DNA of 64,000 nt, from NCBI GenBank assembly GCA_040954595.2, contig CM082582.2:1240001-1304000 (forward strand), read 5' to 3'. Source of the DNA: Balanoglossus misakiensis. Lineage: Eukaryota; Animalia; Hemichordata. Below, in pieces: positions 11,570-25,400 of this stretch. The notes beneath the pieces were generated by a model. The model saw only the letters and a list, made by a program, of their open reading frames with translations. It was not told where the DNA came from and did no database searches. The stretch's first letter is position 1; each line of letters begins with the position of its first letter. Both the position numbers and the translations under genes were made by a program.

Positions 11570-14500
11570 ACCAATATTATTTTTCAAAAACCGACGAAAT
11601 TTTGAGATTTAGCAAAGACGAAAATTTGTCATTTTTTGATGATTTTTACCCCTGATTTTTTTCAAAAATTGACGAAATTTTGAGATTTTGCAAAGTCGAA
11701 AATTTGTCATTTTTTGATGATTTTCACCCATGATTTTTTACAAAAATCGACGAAATTTTGAGATTTTGCAAAGTCGAAAATTTGTAATTTTTTGATGATT
11801 TTCACCATGATTTTTTTTCAAAAATGGACGAAATTTTGAGATTTTGCAAAGTCGAAAATTTGTCATTTTTTGATGATTTTCACCAATATTATTTTTCAAA
11901 AACCGACGAAATTTTGAGATTTTGCAAAGTCGAAAATTTGTCATTTTTTGATGATTTTCACCCATGATTTTTTACAAAAATCGACGAAATTTTGAGATTT
12001 TGCAAAGTCGAAAATTTGTAATTTTTTGATGATTTTCACCCATGATTTTTTTCAAAAATCGACGAAATTGTGAGATTCTGCAAAGTCGATAATTTGTCAT
12101 TTTTTGATGATTTTCCCCCAATGGTTTTTTTCAAAATCGACGAAATTTTGAGATTTTGCAAAGTCGAAAATTTGTCATTTTTTGATGATTTTCCCCCATG
12201 TTTTTTTTTTAAATGGACGAAATTTTGAGATTTTGCAAAAACGAAAATTTGTCATTTTTTGATGATTTTTACCCATGATTTTTTTTCAAAAATGGACGAA
12301 ATTTTAAGATTTTGCAAAGTCGAAAATTTGTCATTTTTTGATGATTCTCCCCCATGTTTTTTTTTAAATGGACGAAATTTTGAGATTTTGCAAAAACGAA
12401 AATTTGTCATTTTTTGATGATTTTTACCCATGATTTTTTTTCAAAAATGGACGAAATTTTGAGATTTTGCAAAGACGAAAATTTGTCATTTTTTGATGAT
12501 TTTCACCATGATTTTTTTTTCAAAAATCGACGAAATGTTGAGATTTTGCAAAGTCGAAAATGTGTCATTTTTTGATGATTTTCACCCATGATTTTTATTC
12601 AAAAATCGACGAAATTTTGAGATTTTGCAAAGTCGAAAATTTGTCATTTTTTGATGATTTTCACCCATATTATTTTTCAAAAACCGACGAAATTTTGAGA
12701 TTTAGCAAAGACGAAAATTTGTCATTTTTTGATGATTTTTACCCATGATTTTTTCAAAAATTGACGAAATTTTGAGATTTTGCAAAGTCGAAAATTTGTC
12801 ATTTTTTGATGATTTTCACCCTTGATTTTTTTCAAAAATCGACGAAATTTTAAGATTTTGCAAAGACGAAAATTTGTCATTTTTTGATGATTTTTACCCA
12901 TGATTTTTTTTCAAAAATCGACAAAATTTTTAGATTTTTCAAAGTCGAAAATGTGTCATTTTTTCATGATTTTCACCCATGATTTTTTTTCAAAAATCGA
13001 CGAAATTTTGAGATTTTGCATAATCGAAAATGTGTCATTTTTTGAGGATTTTTACCCATGATTTTTTTTCAAAAATCGACGAAATTTTGAGATATTGCAA
13101 AGTCGAAAATTTGTCATTTTTTGATGATTTTCACCCATGTTTTTTTTTTTAAAATCGACGAACCTATGATTTTTTTCAAAATCGACGAAATTTTGTGATT
13201 TTACAAAGTCGAAAATTTTGTCATTTTTTGATGATTTTCAACCATGATTTTTTTTCAAAAATCGACGAAAATTTGAGATTTTGCAAAGACGAAAATTTGT
13301 CATTTTTGATGATTTTTACCTATGATTTTTATTCAAAAATGGACGAAATTTTGAGATTTTGCAAAGACGAAAATTTGTCATTTTTTGATGATTTTCACCC
13401 ATGATTTTTTTTTCAAAAATCGACGAAATTTTGAGATTTTGCAAAGTCGAAAATTTGTCATTTTTTGATGATTTTCACCCATATTATTTTTCAAAAATCG
13501 ACGAAATTTTAAGATTTTGCAAAGACGAAAATTTGTCATTTTTTGATGATTTTTACCCATGATTTTTTTTCAAAAATCGACGAAATTTTTAGATTTTTCA
13601 AAGTCGAAAATGTGTCATTTTTTCATGATTTTCACCCATGATTTTTTTTCAAAAATGGACGAAATTTTGAGATTTTGCAAAGACGAAAATTTGTCATTTT
13701 TTGATGATTTTCACCCATGATTTTTTTTTCAAAAATCGACGAAATTTTGAGATTTTGCAAAGTCGAAAATTTGTCATTTTTTGATGATTTTCAACCATGT
13801 TTTTTTTTTCAAAATCGACGAACCTATGATTTTTTTCAAAATCGACGAAATTTAGTGATTTTACAAAGTCGAAAATTTTGTCATTTTTTGATGATTTTCA
13901 CCATGATTTTTTTTCAAAAATCGACGAAATTTTGAGATTTTGCAAAGTTAAAAATTTGTCATTTTTTGATGATTTTCACACATGAATTTTTCAAAAATCG
14001 ACGAAATTTTGAGATTTTGCAAAGTCGAAAATTTGTCATATTTTGATGATTTTCACCAATGTTTTTTTTTAAAAATCGACGAACCCATGATTTTTTTCAA
14101 AATCGACGAAATTTTGAGATTTTGCATAATCGAAAATTTGTCATTTTTTGATGATTTTCACCCATGATTTTTTTTAAAAATGAACGAAATTTTGAGATTT
14201 TGCAAAGTCGAAAATTTGTCATATTTTGATGATTTTCACCAATGTTTTTTTTTAAAAATCGGCGAACCCATGATTTTTTCAAAATCGACGAAATTTTGAG
14301 ATTTTGCATAATCGAAAATTTGTCATTTTTTGATGATTTTCACCCATGATTTTTTTTAAAAATGAACGAAATTTTGAGATTTTGCAAAGTCAAAATTTTG
14401 TCATTTTTTGATGATTTTCACCCATGATTTTTTTTTCAAAAATCGACGAAATTTTGAGATTTTGCAAAGTCGAAAATTTGTCATTTTTTGATGATTTTGC

Positions 14501-17500
14501 CCCATGTTTTTTTTTTAAAATGGACGAAATTTTGAGATTTTGCAAAGACGAAAATTTGTCATTTTTTGATGATTTTCAACCATGTTTTTTTTTTCAAAAT
14601 CGACGAACCTATGATTTTTTTCAAAATCGACGAAATTTAGTGATTTTACAAAGTCGAAAATTTTGTCATTTTTTGATGATTTTCACCATGATTTTTTTTC
14701 AAAAATCGACGAAATTTTGAGATTTTGCAAAGTTGAAAATTTGTCATTTTTTGATGATTTTCACCCATGAATTTTTCAAAAATCGACGAAATTTTGAGAT
14801 TTTGCAAAGTCGAAAATTTGTCATATTTTGATGATTTTCACCAATGTTTTTTTTTAAAAATCGACGAACCCATGATTTTTTTTCAAAATCGACGAAATTT
14901 TGAGATTTTGCATAATCGAAAATTTGTCATTTTTTGATGATTTTCACCCATGATTTTTTTTAAAAATGAACGAAATTTTGAGATTTTGCAAAGTCGAAAA
15001 TTTGTCATATTTTGATGATTTTCACCAATGTTTTTTTTTAAAAATCGGCGAACCCATGATTTTTTCAAAATCGACGAAATTTTGAGATTTTGCATAATCG
15101 AAAATTTGTCATTTTTTGATGATTTTCACCCATGATTTTTTTTAAAAATGAACGAAATTTTGAGATTTTGCAAAGTCAAAAATTTGTCATTTTTTGATGA
15201 TTTTCAACCATTATTTTTTTTCAAAAATGGACGAAATTTTGAGATTTTGCAAAGACGAAAATTTGTCATTTTTTGATGATTTTCACCATGATTTTTTTTC
15301 AAAAATCGACGAAATTTTGAGATTTTGCAAAGTCGAAAATTTGTCATTTTTTGATGATTTTCACCATGATTTTTTTTCAAAAATCGACGAAATTTTGAGA
15401 TTTTGCAAAGTCGAAAATTTGTCATTTTTTGATGATTTTCACCCATGATTTTTATTCAAAAATCGACGAAATTTTGAGATTTTGCAAAGTCGAAAATTTT
15501 GTCATTTTTTGATGATTTTCAACCATGATTTTTTTTCAAAAATCGACGAAAATTTGAGATTTTGCAAAGTCGAAAATGTGTCATTTTTTGATGATTTTCA
15601 CCCGTTTTTTTTTCAAAATTTGTCATTTTTTTCATGATTTTCACCCATGATTTTTTTCAAAAATCGACGAAATGTTGAGATTTTGCAAAGTCGAAAATTT
15701 TGTCATTTTTTGATGATTTTCAACCATGATTTTTTTTCAAAAATCGACGAAAATTTGAGATTTTGCAAAGATGAAAATTTGTCATTTTTGATGATTTTTA
15801 CCCATAATTTTTTTTCAGAAATGGACGAAATTTTGAGATTTTGCAAAGTCGAAAATGTGTCATTTTTTGATGATTTTCACCCGTTTTTTTTTCAAAATTT
15901 GTCATTTTTTCATGATTTTCACCCATGATTTTTTTTAAAAATGAACGAAATTTTGAGATTTTGCAAAGTCGAAAATTTGTCATATTTTGATGATTTTCAC
16001 CAATGTTTTTTTTTAAAAATCGGCGAACCCATGATTTTTTCAAAATCGACGAAATTTTGAGATTTTGCATAATCGAAAATTTGTCATTTTTTGATGATTT
16101 TCACCCATGATTTTTTTTAAAAATGAACGAAATTTTGAGATTTTGCAAAGTCAAAAATTTGTCATTTTTTGATGATTTTCACCCATGATTTTTTTTTCAA
16201 AAATCGACGAAATTTTGAGATTTTGCAAAGTCGAAAATTTGTCATTTTTTGATGATTTTGCCCCATGTTTTTTTTTTAAAATGGACGAAATTTTGAGATT
16301 TTGCAAAGACGAAAATTTGTCATTTTTTGATGATTTTCAACCATGTTTTTTTTTTCAAAATCGACGAACCTATGATTTTTTTCAAAATCGACGAAATTTA
16401 GTGATTTTACAAAGTCGAAAATTTTGTCATTTTTTGATGATTTTCACCATGATTTTTTTTCAAAAATCGACGAAATTTTGAGATTTTGCAAAGTTGAAAA
16501 TTTGTCATTTTTTGATGATTTTCACCCATGAATTTTTCAAAAATCGACGAAATTTTGAGATTTTGCAAAGTCGAAAATTTGTCATATTTTGATGATTTTC
16601 ACCAATGTTTTTTTTTAAAAATCGACGAACCCATGATTTTTTTCAAAATCGACGAAATTTTGAGATTTTGCATAATCGAAAATTTGTCATTTTTTGATGA
16701 TTTTCACCCATGATTTTTTTTAAAAATGAACGAAATTTTGAGATTTTGCAAAGTCGAAAATTTGTCATATTTTGATGATTTTCACCAATGTTTTTTTTTA
16801 AAAATCGGCGAACCCATGATTTTTTCAAAATCGACGAAATTTTGAGATTTTGCATAATCGAAAATTTGTCATTTTTTGATGATTTTCACCCATGATTTTT
16901 TTTAAAAATGAACGAAATTTTGAGATTTTGCAAAGTCAAAAATTTGTCATTTTTTGATGATTTTCAACCATTATTTTTTTTCAAAAATGGACGAAATTTT
17001 GAGATTTTGCAAAGACGAAAATTTGTCATTTTTTGATGATTTTCACCAATATTATTTTTCAAAAACCGACGAAATTTTGAGATTTAGCAAAGACGAAAAT
17101 TTGTCATTTTTTGATGATTTTTACCCCTGATTTTTTTCAAAAATTGACGAAATTTTGAGATTTTGCAAAGTCGAAAATTTGTCATTTTTTGATGATTTTC
17201 ACCCATGATTTTTTACAAAAATCGACGAAATTTTGAGATTTTGCAAAGTCGAAAATTTGTAATTTTTTGATGATTTTCACCATGATTTTTTTTCAAAAAT
17301 GGACGAAATTTTGAGATTTTGCAAAGTCGAAAATTTGTCATTTTTTGATGATTTTCACCAATATTATTTTTCAAAAACCGACGAAATTTTGAGATTTTGC
17401 AAAGTCGAAAATTTGTCATTTTTTGATGATTTTCACCCATGATTTTTTACAAAAATCGACGAAATTTTGAGATTTTGCAAAGTCGAAAATTTGTAATTTT

Positions 17501-20500
17501 TTGATGATTTTCACCCATGATTTTTTTCAAAAATCGACGAAATTGTGAGATTCTGCAAAGTCGATAATTTGTCATTTTTTGATGATTTTCCCCCAATGGT
17601 TTTTTTCAAAATCGACGAAATTTTGAGATTTTGCAAAGTCGAAAATTTGTCATTTTTTGATGATTTTCCCCCATGTTTTTTTTTTAAATGGACGAAATTT
17701 TGAGATTTTGCAAAAACGAAAATTTGTCATTTTTTGATGATTTTTACCCATGATTTTTTTTCAAAAATGGACGAAATTTTAAGATTTTGCAAAGTCGAAA
17801 ATTTGTCATTTTTTGATGATTCTCCCCCATGTTTTTTTTTAAATGGACGAAATTTTGAGATTTTGCAAAAACGAAAATATGTCATTTTTTGATGATTTTT
17901 ACCCATGATTTTTTTTCAAAAATGGACGAAATTTTGAGATTTTGCAAAGACGAAAATTTGTCATTTTTTGATGATTTTCACCATGATTTTTTTTTCAAAA
18001 ATCGACGAAATGTTGAGATTTTGCAAAGTCGAAAATGTGTCATTTTTTGATGATTTTCACCCATGATTTTTATTCAAAAATCGACGAAATTTTGAGATTT
18101 TGCAAAGTCGAAAATTTGTCATTTTTTGATGATTTTCACCCATATTATTTTTCAAAAACCGACGAAATTTTGAGATTTAGCAAAGACGAAAATTTGTCAT
18201 TTTTTGATGATTTTTACCCATGATTTTTTCAAAAATTGACGAAATTTTGAGATTTTGCAAAGTCGAAAATTTGTCATTTTTTGATGATTTTCACCCTTGA
18301 TTTTTTTCAAAAATCGACGAAATTTTAAGATTTTGCAAAGACGAAAATTTGTCATTTTTTGATGATTTTTACCCATGATTTTTTTTCAAAAATCGACAAA
18401 ATTTTTAGATTTTTCAAAGTCGAAAATGTGTCATTTTTTCATGATTTTCACCCATGATTTTTTTTCAAAAATCGACGAAATTTTGAGATTTTGCATAATC
18501 GAAAATGTGTCATTTTTTGAGGATTTTTACCCATGATTTTTTTTCAAAAATCGACGAAATTTTGAGATATTGCAAAGTCGAAAATTTGTCATTTTTTGAT
18601 GATTTTCACCCATGTTTTTTTTTTTAAAATCGACGAACCTATGATTTTTTTCAAAATCGACGAAATTTTGTGATTTTACAAAGTCGAAAATTTTGTCATT
18701 TTTTGATGATTTTCAACCATGATTTTTTTTCAAAAATCGACGAAAATTTGAGATTTTGCAAAGACGAAAATTTGTCATTTTTGATGATTTTTACCTATGA
18801 TTTTTATTCAAAAATGGACGAAATTTTGAGATTTTGCAAAGACGAAAATTTGTCATTTTTTGATGATTTTCACCCATGATTTTTTTTTCAAAAATCGACG
18901 AAATTTTGAGATTTTGCAAAGTCGAAAATTTGTCATTTTTTGATGATTTTCACCCATATTATTTTTCAAAAATCGACGAAATTTTAAGATTTTGCAAAGA
19001 CGAAAATTTGTCATTTTTTGATGATTTTTACCCATGATTTTTTTTCAAAAATCGACGAAATTTTTAGATTTTTCAAAGTCGAAAATGTGTCATTTTTTCA
19101 TGATTTTCACCCATGATTTTTTTTCAAAAATGGACGAAATTTTGAGATTTTGCAAAGACGAAAATTTGTCATTTTTTGATGATTTTCACCCATGATTTTT
19201 TTTTCAAAAATCGACGAAATTTTGAGATTTTGCAAAGTCGAAAATTTGTCATTTTTTGATGATTTTCAACCATGTTTTTTTTTTCAAAATCGACGAACCT
19301 ATGATTTTTTTCAAAATCGACGAAATTTAGTGATTTTACAAAGTCGAAAATTTTGTCATTTTTTGATGATTTTCACCATGATTTTTTTTCAAAAATCGAC
19401 GAAATTTTGAGATTTTGCAAAGTTAAAAATTTGTCATTTTTTGATGATTTTCACACATGAATTTTTCAAAAATCGACGAAATTTTGAGATTTTGCAAAGT
19501 CGAAAATTTGTCATATTTTGATGATTTTCACCAATGTTTTTTTTTAAAAATCGACGAACCCATGATTTTTTTCAAAATCGACGAAATTTTGAGATTTTGC
19601 ATAATCGAAAATTTGTCATTTTTTGATGATTTTCACCCATGATTTTTTTTAAAAATGAACGAAATTTTGAGATTTTGCAAAGTCGAAAATTTGTCATATT
19701 TTGATGATTTTCACCAATGTTTTTTTTAAAAATCGGCGAACCCATGATTTTTTCAAAATCGACGAAATTTTGAGATTTTGCATAATCGAAAATTTGTCAT
19801 TTTTTGATGATTTTCACCCATGATTTTTTTTAAAAATGAACGAAATTTTGAGATTTTGCAAAGTCAAAATTTTGTCATTTTTTGATGATTTTCACCCATG
19901 ATTTTTTTTTCAAAAATCGACGAAATTTTGAGATTTTGCAAAGTCGAAAATTTGTCATTTTTTGATGATTTTGCCCCATGTTTTTTTTTTAAAATGGACG
20001 AAATTTTGAGATTTTGCAAAGACGAAAATTTGTCATTTTTTGATGATTTTCAACCATGTTTTTTTTTTCAAAATCGACGAACCTATGATTTTTTTCAAAA
20101 TCGACGAAATTTAGTGATTTTACAAAGTCGAAAATTTTGTCATTTTTTGATGATTTTCACCATGATTTTTTTTCAAAAATCGACGAAATTTTGAGATTTT
20201 GCAAAGTTGAAAATTTGTCATTTTTTGATGATTTTCACCCATGAATTTTTCAAAAATCGACGAAATTTTGAGATTTTGCAAAGTCGAAAATTTGTCATAT
20301 TTTGATGATTTTCACCAATGTTTTTTTTTAAAAATCGACGAACCCATGATTTTTTTTCAAAATCGACGAAATTTTGAGATTTTGCATAATCGAAAATTTG
20401 TCATTTTTTGATGATTTTCACCCATGATTTTTTTTAAAAATGAACGAAATTTTGAGATTTTGCAAAGTCGAAAATTTGTCATATTTTGATGATTTTCACC

Positions 20501-22420
20501 AATGTTTTTTTTTAAAAATCGGCGAACCCATGATTTTTTCAAAATCGACGAAATTTTGAGATTTTGCATAATCGAAAATTTGTCATTTTTTGATGATTTT
20601 CACCCATGATTTTTTTTAAAAATGAACGAAATTTTGAGATTTTGCAAAGTCAAAAATTTGTCATTTTTTGATGATTTTCAACCATTATTTTTTTTCAAAA
20701 ATGGACGAAATTTTGAGATTTTGCAAAGACGAAAATTTGTCATTTTTTGATGATTTTCACCATGATTTTTTTTCAAAAATCGACGAAATTTTGAGATTTT
20801 GCAAAGTCGAAAATTTGTCATTTTTTGATGATTTTCACCATGATTTTTTTTCAAAAATCGACGAAATTTTGAGATTTTGCAAAGTCGAAAATTTGTCATT
20901 TTTTGATGATTTTCACCCATGATTTTTATTCAAAAATCGACGAAATTTTGAGATTTTGCAAAGTCGAAAATTTTGTCATTTTTTGATGATTTTCAACCAT
21001 GATTTTTTTTCAAAAATCGACGAAAATTTGAGATTTTGCAAAGTCGAAAATGTGTCATTTTTTGATGATTTTCACCCGTTTTTTTTTCAAAATTTGTCAT
21101 TTTTTTCATGATTTTCACCCATGATTTTTTTCAAAAATCGACGAAATGTTGAGATTTTGCAAAGTCGAAAATTTTGTCATTTTTTGATGATTTTCAACCA
21201 TGATTTTTTTTCAAAAATCGACGAAAATTTGAGATTTTGCAAAGATGAAAATTTGTCATTTTTGATGATTTTTACCCATAATTTTTTTTCAGAAATGGAC
21301 GAAATTTTGAGATTTTGCAAAGTCGAAAATGTGTCATTTTTTGATGATTTTCACCCGTTTTTTTTTCAAAATTTGTCATTTTTTCATGATTTTCACCCAT
21401 GATTTTTTTTAAAAATGAACGAAATTTTGAGATTTTGCAAAGTCGAAAATTTGTCATATTTTGATGATTTTCACCAATGTTTTTTTTTAAAAATCGGCGA
21501 ACCCATGATTTTTTCAAAATCGACGAAATTTTGAGATTTTGCATAATCGAAAATTTGTCATTTTTTGATGATTTTCACCCATGATTTTTTTTAAAAATGA
21601 ACGAAATTTTGAGATTTTGCAAAGTCAAAAATTTGTCATTTTTTGATGATTTTCACCCATGATTTTTTTTTCAAAAATCGACGAAATTTTGAGATTTTGC
21701 AAAGTCGAAAATTTGTCATTTTTTGATGATTTTGCCCCATGTTTTTTTTTTAAAATGGACGAAATTTTGAGATTTTGCAAAGACGAAAATTTGTCATTTT
21801 TTGATGATTTTCAACCATGTTTTTTTTTTCAAAATCGACGAACCTATGATTTTTTTCAAAATCGACGAAATTTAGTGATTTTACAAAGTCGAAAATTTTG
21901 TCATTTTTTGATGATTTTCACCATGATTTTTTTTCAAAAATCGACGAAATTTTGAGATTTTGCAAAGTTGAAAATTTGTCATTTTTTGATGATTTTCACC
22001 CATGAATTTTTCAAAAATCGACGAAATTTTGAGATTTTGCAAAGTCGAAAATTTGTCATATTTTGATGATTTTCACCAATGTTTTTTTTTAAAAATCGAC
22101 GAACCCATGATTTTTTTCAAAATCGACGAAATTTTGAGATTTTGCATAATCGAAAATTTGTCATTTTTTGATGATTTTCACCCATGATTTTTTTTAAAAA
22201 TGAACGAAATTTTGAGATTTTGCAAAGTCGAAAATTTGTCATATTTTGATGATTTTCACCAATGTTTTTTTTTAAAAATCGGCGAACCCATGATTTTTTC
22301 AAAATCGACGAAATTTTGAGATTTTGCATAATCGAAAATTTGTCATTTTTTGATGATTTTCACCCATGATTTTTTTTAAAAATGAACGAAATTTTGAGAT
22401 TTTGCAAAGTCAAAAATTTG
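11570..22420 (+). repeat. Tandem block duplication, period 5474-5475 bp (2 copies)
   Basis: Identical ORF translations at a constant offset: 11738/17213, 12560/18035, 13195/18670, 14424/19898, 15647/21121 and 16528/22002. Rare variants such as GAGGATTTT and GATATTGC recur at the same offset. Confidence 0.9.
15614..15657 (+). repeat. Internally deleted ~43 bp unit (first copy)
   Basis: CAAAATTTGTCATTTTTT(T)CATGATTTTCACCCATGATTTTTTT has lost ~35 bp between CAAAA(AT) and (GAAAA)TTTGTCA. Also near 15893, 21088, 21367, 49904, 50959, 51874, 52728, 53033, 54590, 55648, 56839, 58030, 58963, 59268, 60588, 61284, 61590 and 63070. Confidence 0.92.
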
Positions 22421-25400
22421 TCGTTTTTTGATGATTTTCAACCATTATTTTTTTTCAAAAATGGACGAAATTTTGAGATTTTGCAAAGTCGAAAATTTGT
22501 CATTTTTTGATGATTTTCACCATGATTTTTTTTCAAAAATCGACGAAATTTTGAGATTTTGCAAAGTCGAAAATTTGTCATTTTTTGATGATTTTCACCC
22601 ATGATTTTTATTCAAAAATCGACGAAATTTTGAGATTTTGCATAATCGAAAATGTGTCATTTTTTGATAATTTTCACCCATGATTTTTTTTCAAAAATCG
22701 ACGAAATTTTGAGATTTTGCAAAGTCGAAAATTTGTCATTTTTTGATGATTTTCACCCATGTTTTTTTTTTTTAAATCGACGAACCTATGATTTTTTTCA
22801 AAATCGACGAAATTTTTTGATTTTACAAAGTCGAAAATTTTGTCATTTTTTGATGATTTTCAACCAAGATTTTTTTTCAAAAATCGACGAAATTTTGAGA
22901 TTTTGCAAAGTCGAAAATTTGTCATTTTTTGATGATTTTGCCCCATGTTTTTTTTTTAAAATGGACGAAATTTTGAGATTTTGCAAAGTCGAAAATTTGT
23001 CATTTTTTGATGATTTTCACCCATGATTTTTATTCAAAAATCGACGAAATTTTGAGATTTTGCATAATCGAAAATGTGTCATTTTTGATAATTTTCACCC
23101 ATGATTTTTTTTCAAAAATCGACGAAATTTTGAGATTTTGCAAAGTCGAAAATTTGTCATTTTTTGATGATTTTCACCCATGTTTTTTTTTAAAAATCGA
23201 CGAACCTATGATTTTTTTCAAAATCGACGAAATTTTTTGATTTTACAAAGTCGAAAATTTTGTCATTTTTTGATGATTTTCAACCATGATTTTTTTTCAA
23301 AAATCGACGAAATTTTGAGATTTTGCAAAGTCGAAAATTTGTCATTTTTTGATGATTTTGCCCCATGTTTTTTTTTTAAAATGGACGAAATTTTGAGATT
23401 TTGCAAAGACGAAAATTTGTCATTTTTTGATGATTTTCAACCATGTTTTTTTTTTAAAAATCGACGAACCTATGATTTTTTTCAAAATCGACGAAATTTA
23501 GTGATTTTACAAAGTCGAAAATTTTGTCATTTTTTGATGATTTTCACCATGATTTTTTTTCAAAAATCGACGAAATTTTGAGATTTTGCATAATCGAAAA
23601 TTTGTCATTTTTTGATGATTTTCACCCATGATTTTTTTTAAAAATGAACGAAATTTTGAGATTTTGCAAAGTCGAAAATTTGTCATATTTTGATGATTTT
23701 CACCAATGTTTTTTTTTAAAAATCGGCGAACCCATGATTTTTTTCAAAATCGACGAAATTTTGAGATTTTGCATAATCGAAAATTTGTCATTTTTTGATG
23801 ATTTTCACCCATGATTTTTTTTAAAAATGAACGAAATTTTGAGATTTTGCAAAGTCAAAAATTTGTCATTTTTTGATGATTTTCAACCATTATTTTTTTT
23901 CAAAAATGGACGAAATTTTGAGATTTTGCAAAGACGAAAATTTGTCATTTTTTGATGATTTTCACCATGATTTTTTTTCAAAAATCGACGAAATTTTGAG
24001 ATTTTGCAAAGTCGAAAATTTGTCATTTTTTGATGATTTTCACCCATGATTTTTATTCAAAAATCGACGAAATTTTGAGATTTTGCATAATCGAAAATGT
24101 GTCATTTTTTGATGATTTTCACCATGATTTTTTTTCAAAAATCGACGAAATTTTGAGATTTTGCAAAGTCGAAAATTTGTCATTTTTTGATGATTTTCAC
24201 CCATGATTTTTATTCAAAAATCGACGAAATTTTGAGATTTTGCATAATCGAAAATGTGTCATTTTTTGATGATTTTCCCCCAATGGTTTTTTTCAAAATC
24301 GACGAAATTTTGAGATTTTGCAAAGTCGAAAATTTGTCATTTTTTGATGATTTTCACCCATGATTTTTTTCAAAAATCGACGAAATTGTGAGATTTTGCA
24401 AAGTCGATAATTTGTCATTTTTTGATGATTTTCCCCCAATGGTTTTTTTCAAAATCGACGAAATTTTGAGATTTTGCAAAGTCGAAAATTTGTCATTTTT
24501 TGATGATTTTCCCCCATGTTTTTTTTTAAATGGACGAAATTTTGAGATTTTGCAAAGACGAAAATTTGTCATTTTTTGATGATTTTTACCCATGATTTTT
24601 TTTCAAAAATGGACGAAATTTTGAGATTTTGCAAAGTCGAAAATTTGTCATTTTTTGATGATTTTCCCCCATGTTTTTTTTTTAAAATGGACGAAATTTT
24701 GAGATTTTGCAAAAACGAAAATTTGTCATTTTTTGATGATTTTTACCCATGATTTTTTTTCAAAAATGGACGAAATTTTGAGATTTTGCAAAGACGAAAA
24801 TTTGTCATTTTTTGATGATTTTCACCAATGTTTTTTTTTTTTAAATCGACGAACCTATGATTTTTTTCATAAATCGACGAAATTTTGAGATTTTGCAAAG
24901 TTGAAAATTTGTCATTTTTTGATGATTTTCACCCATGATTTTTTCAAAAATCGACGAAATTTTGAGATTTTGCAAAGTCGAAAATTTGTCATATTTTGAT
25001 GATTTTCACCAATGTTTTTTTTTTAAAAATCGACGAACCTATGATTTTTTTCAAAATCGACGAAATTTTGTGATTTTACAAAGTCGAAAATTTTGTCATT
25101 TTTTGATGATTTTCACCATGATTTTTTTTCAAAAATCGACGAAATGTTGAGATTTTGCAAAGTCGAAAATGTGTCATTTTTTGATGATTTTCACCATGAT
25201 TTTTATTCAAAAATCGACGAAATTTTGAGATTTTGCAAAGTCGAAAATTTGTCATTTTTTGATGATTTTCACCCATATTATTTTTCAAAAACCGACGAAA
25301 TTTTGAGATTTAGCAAAGACGAAAATTTGTCATTTTTTGATGATTTTTACCCATGATTTTTTCAAAAATCGACGAAATTTTGAGATTTTGCAAAGACGAA

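Larger units (their letters stand above)
1..23900 (+). repeat. Satellite variant domain A
   Basis: Diagnostic variants ATCGGCGAACCC (548 to ~23722), CATGAATTTTTC, GATTCTGCAAAGTCGATAAT and TTTTTACAAAAATCG are confined to this stretch. The boundary with domain B is gradual (~22.4-26 kb). Confidence 0.75.
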
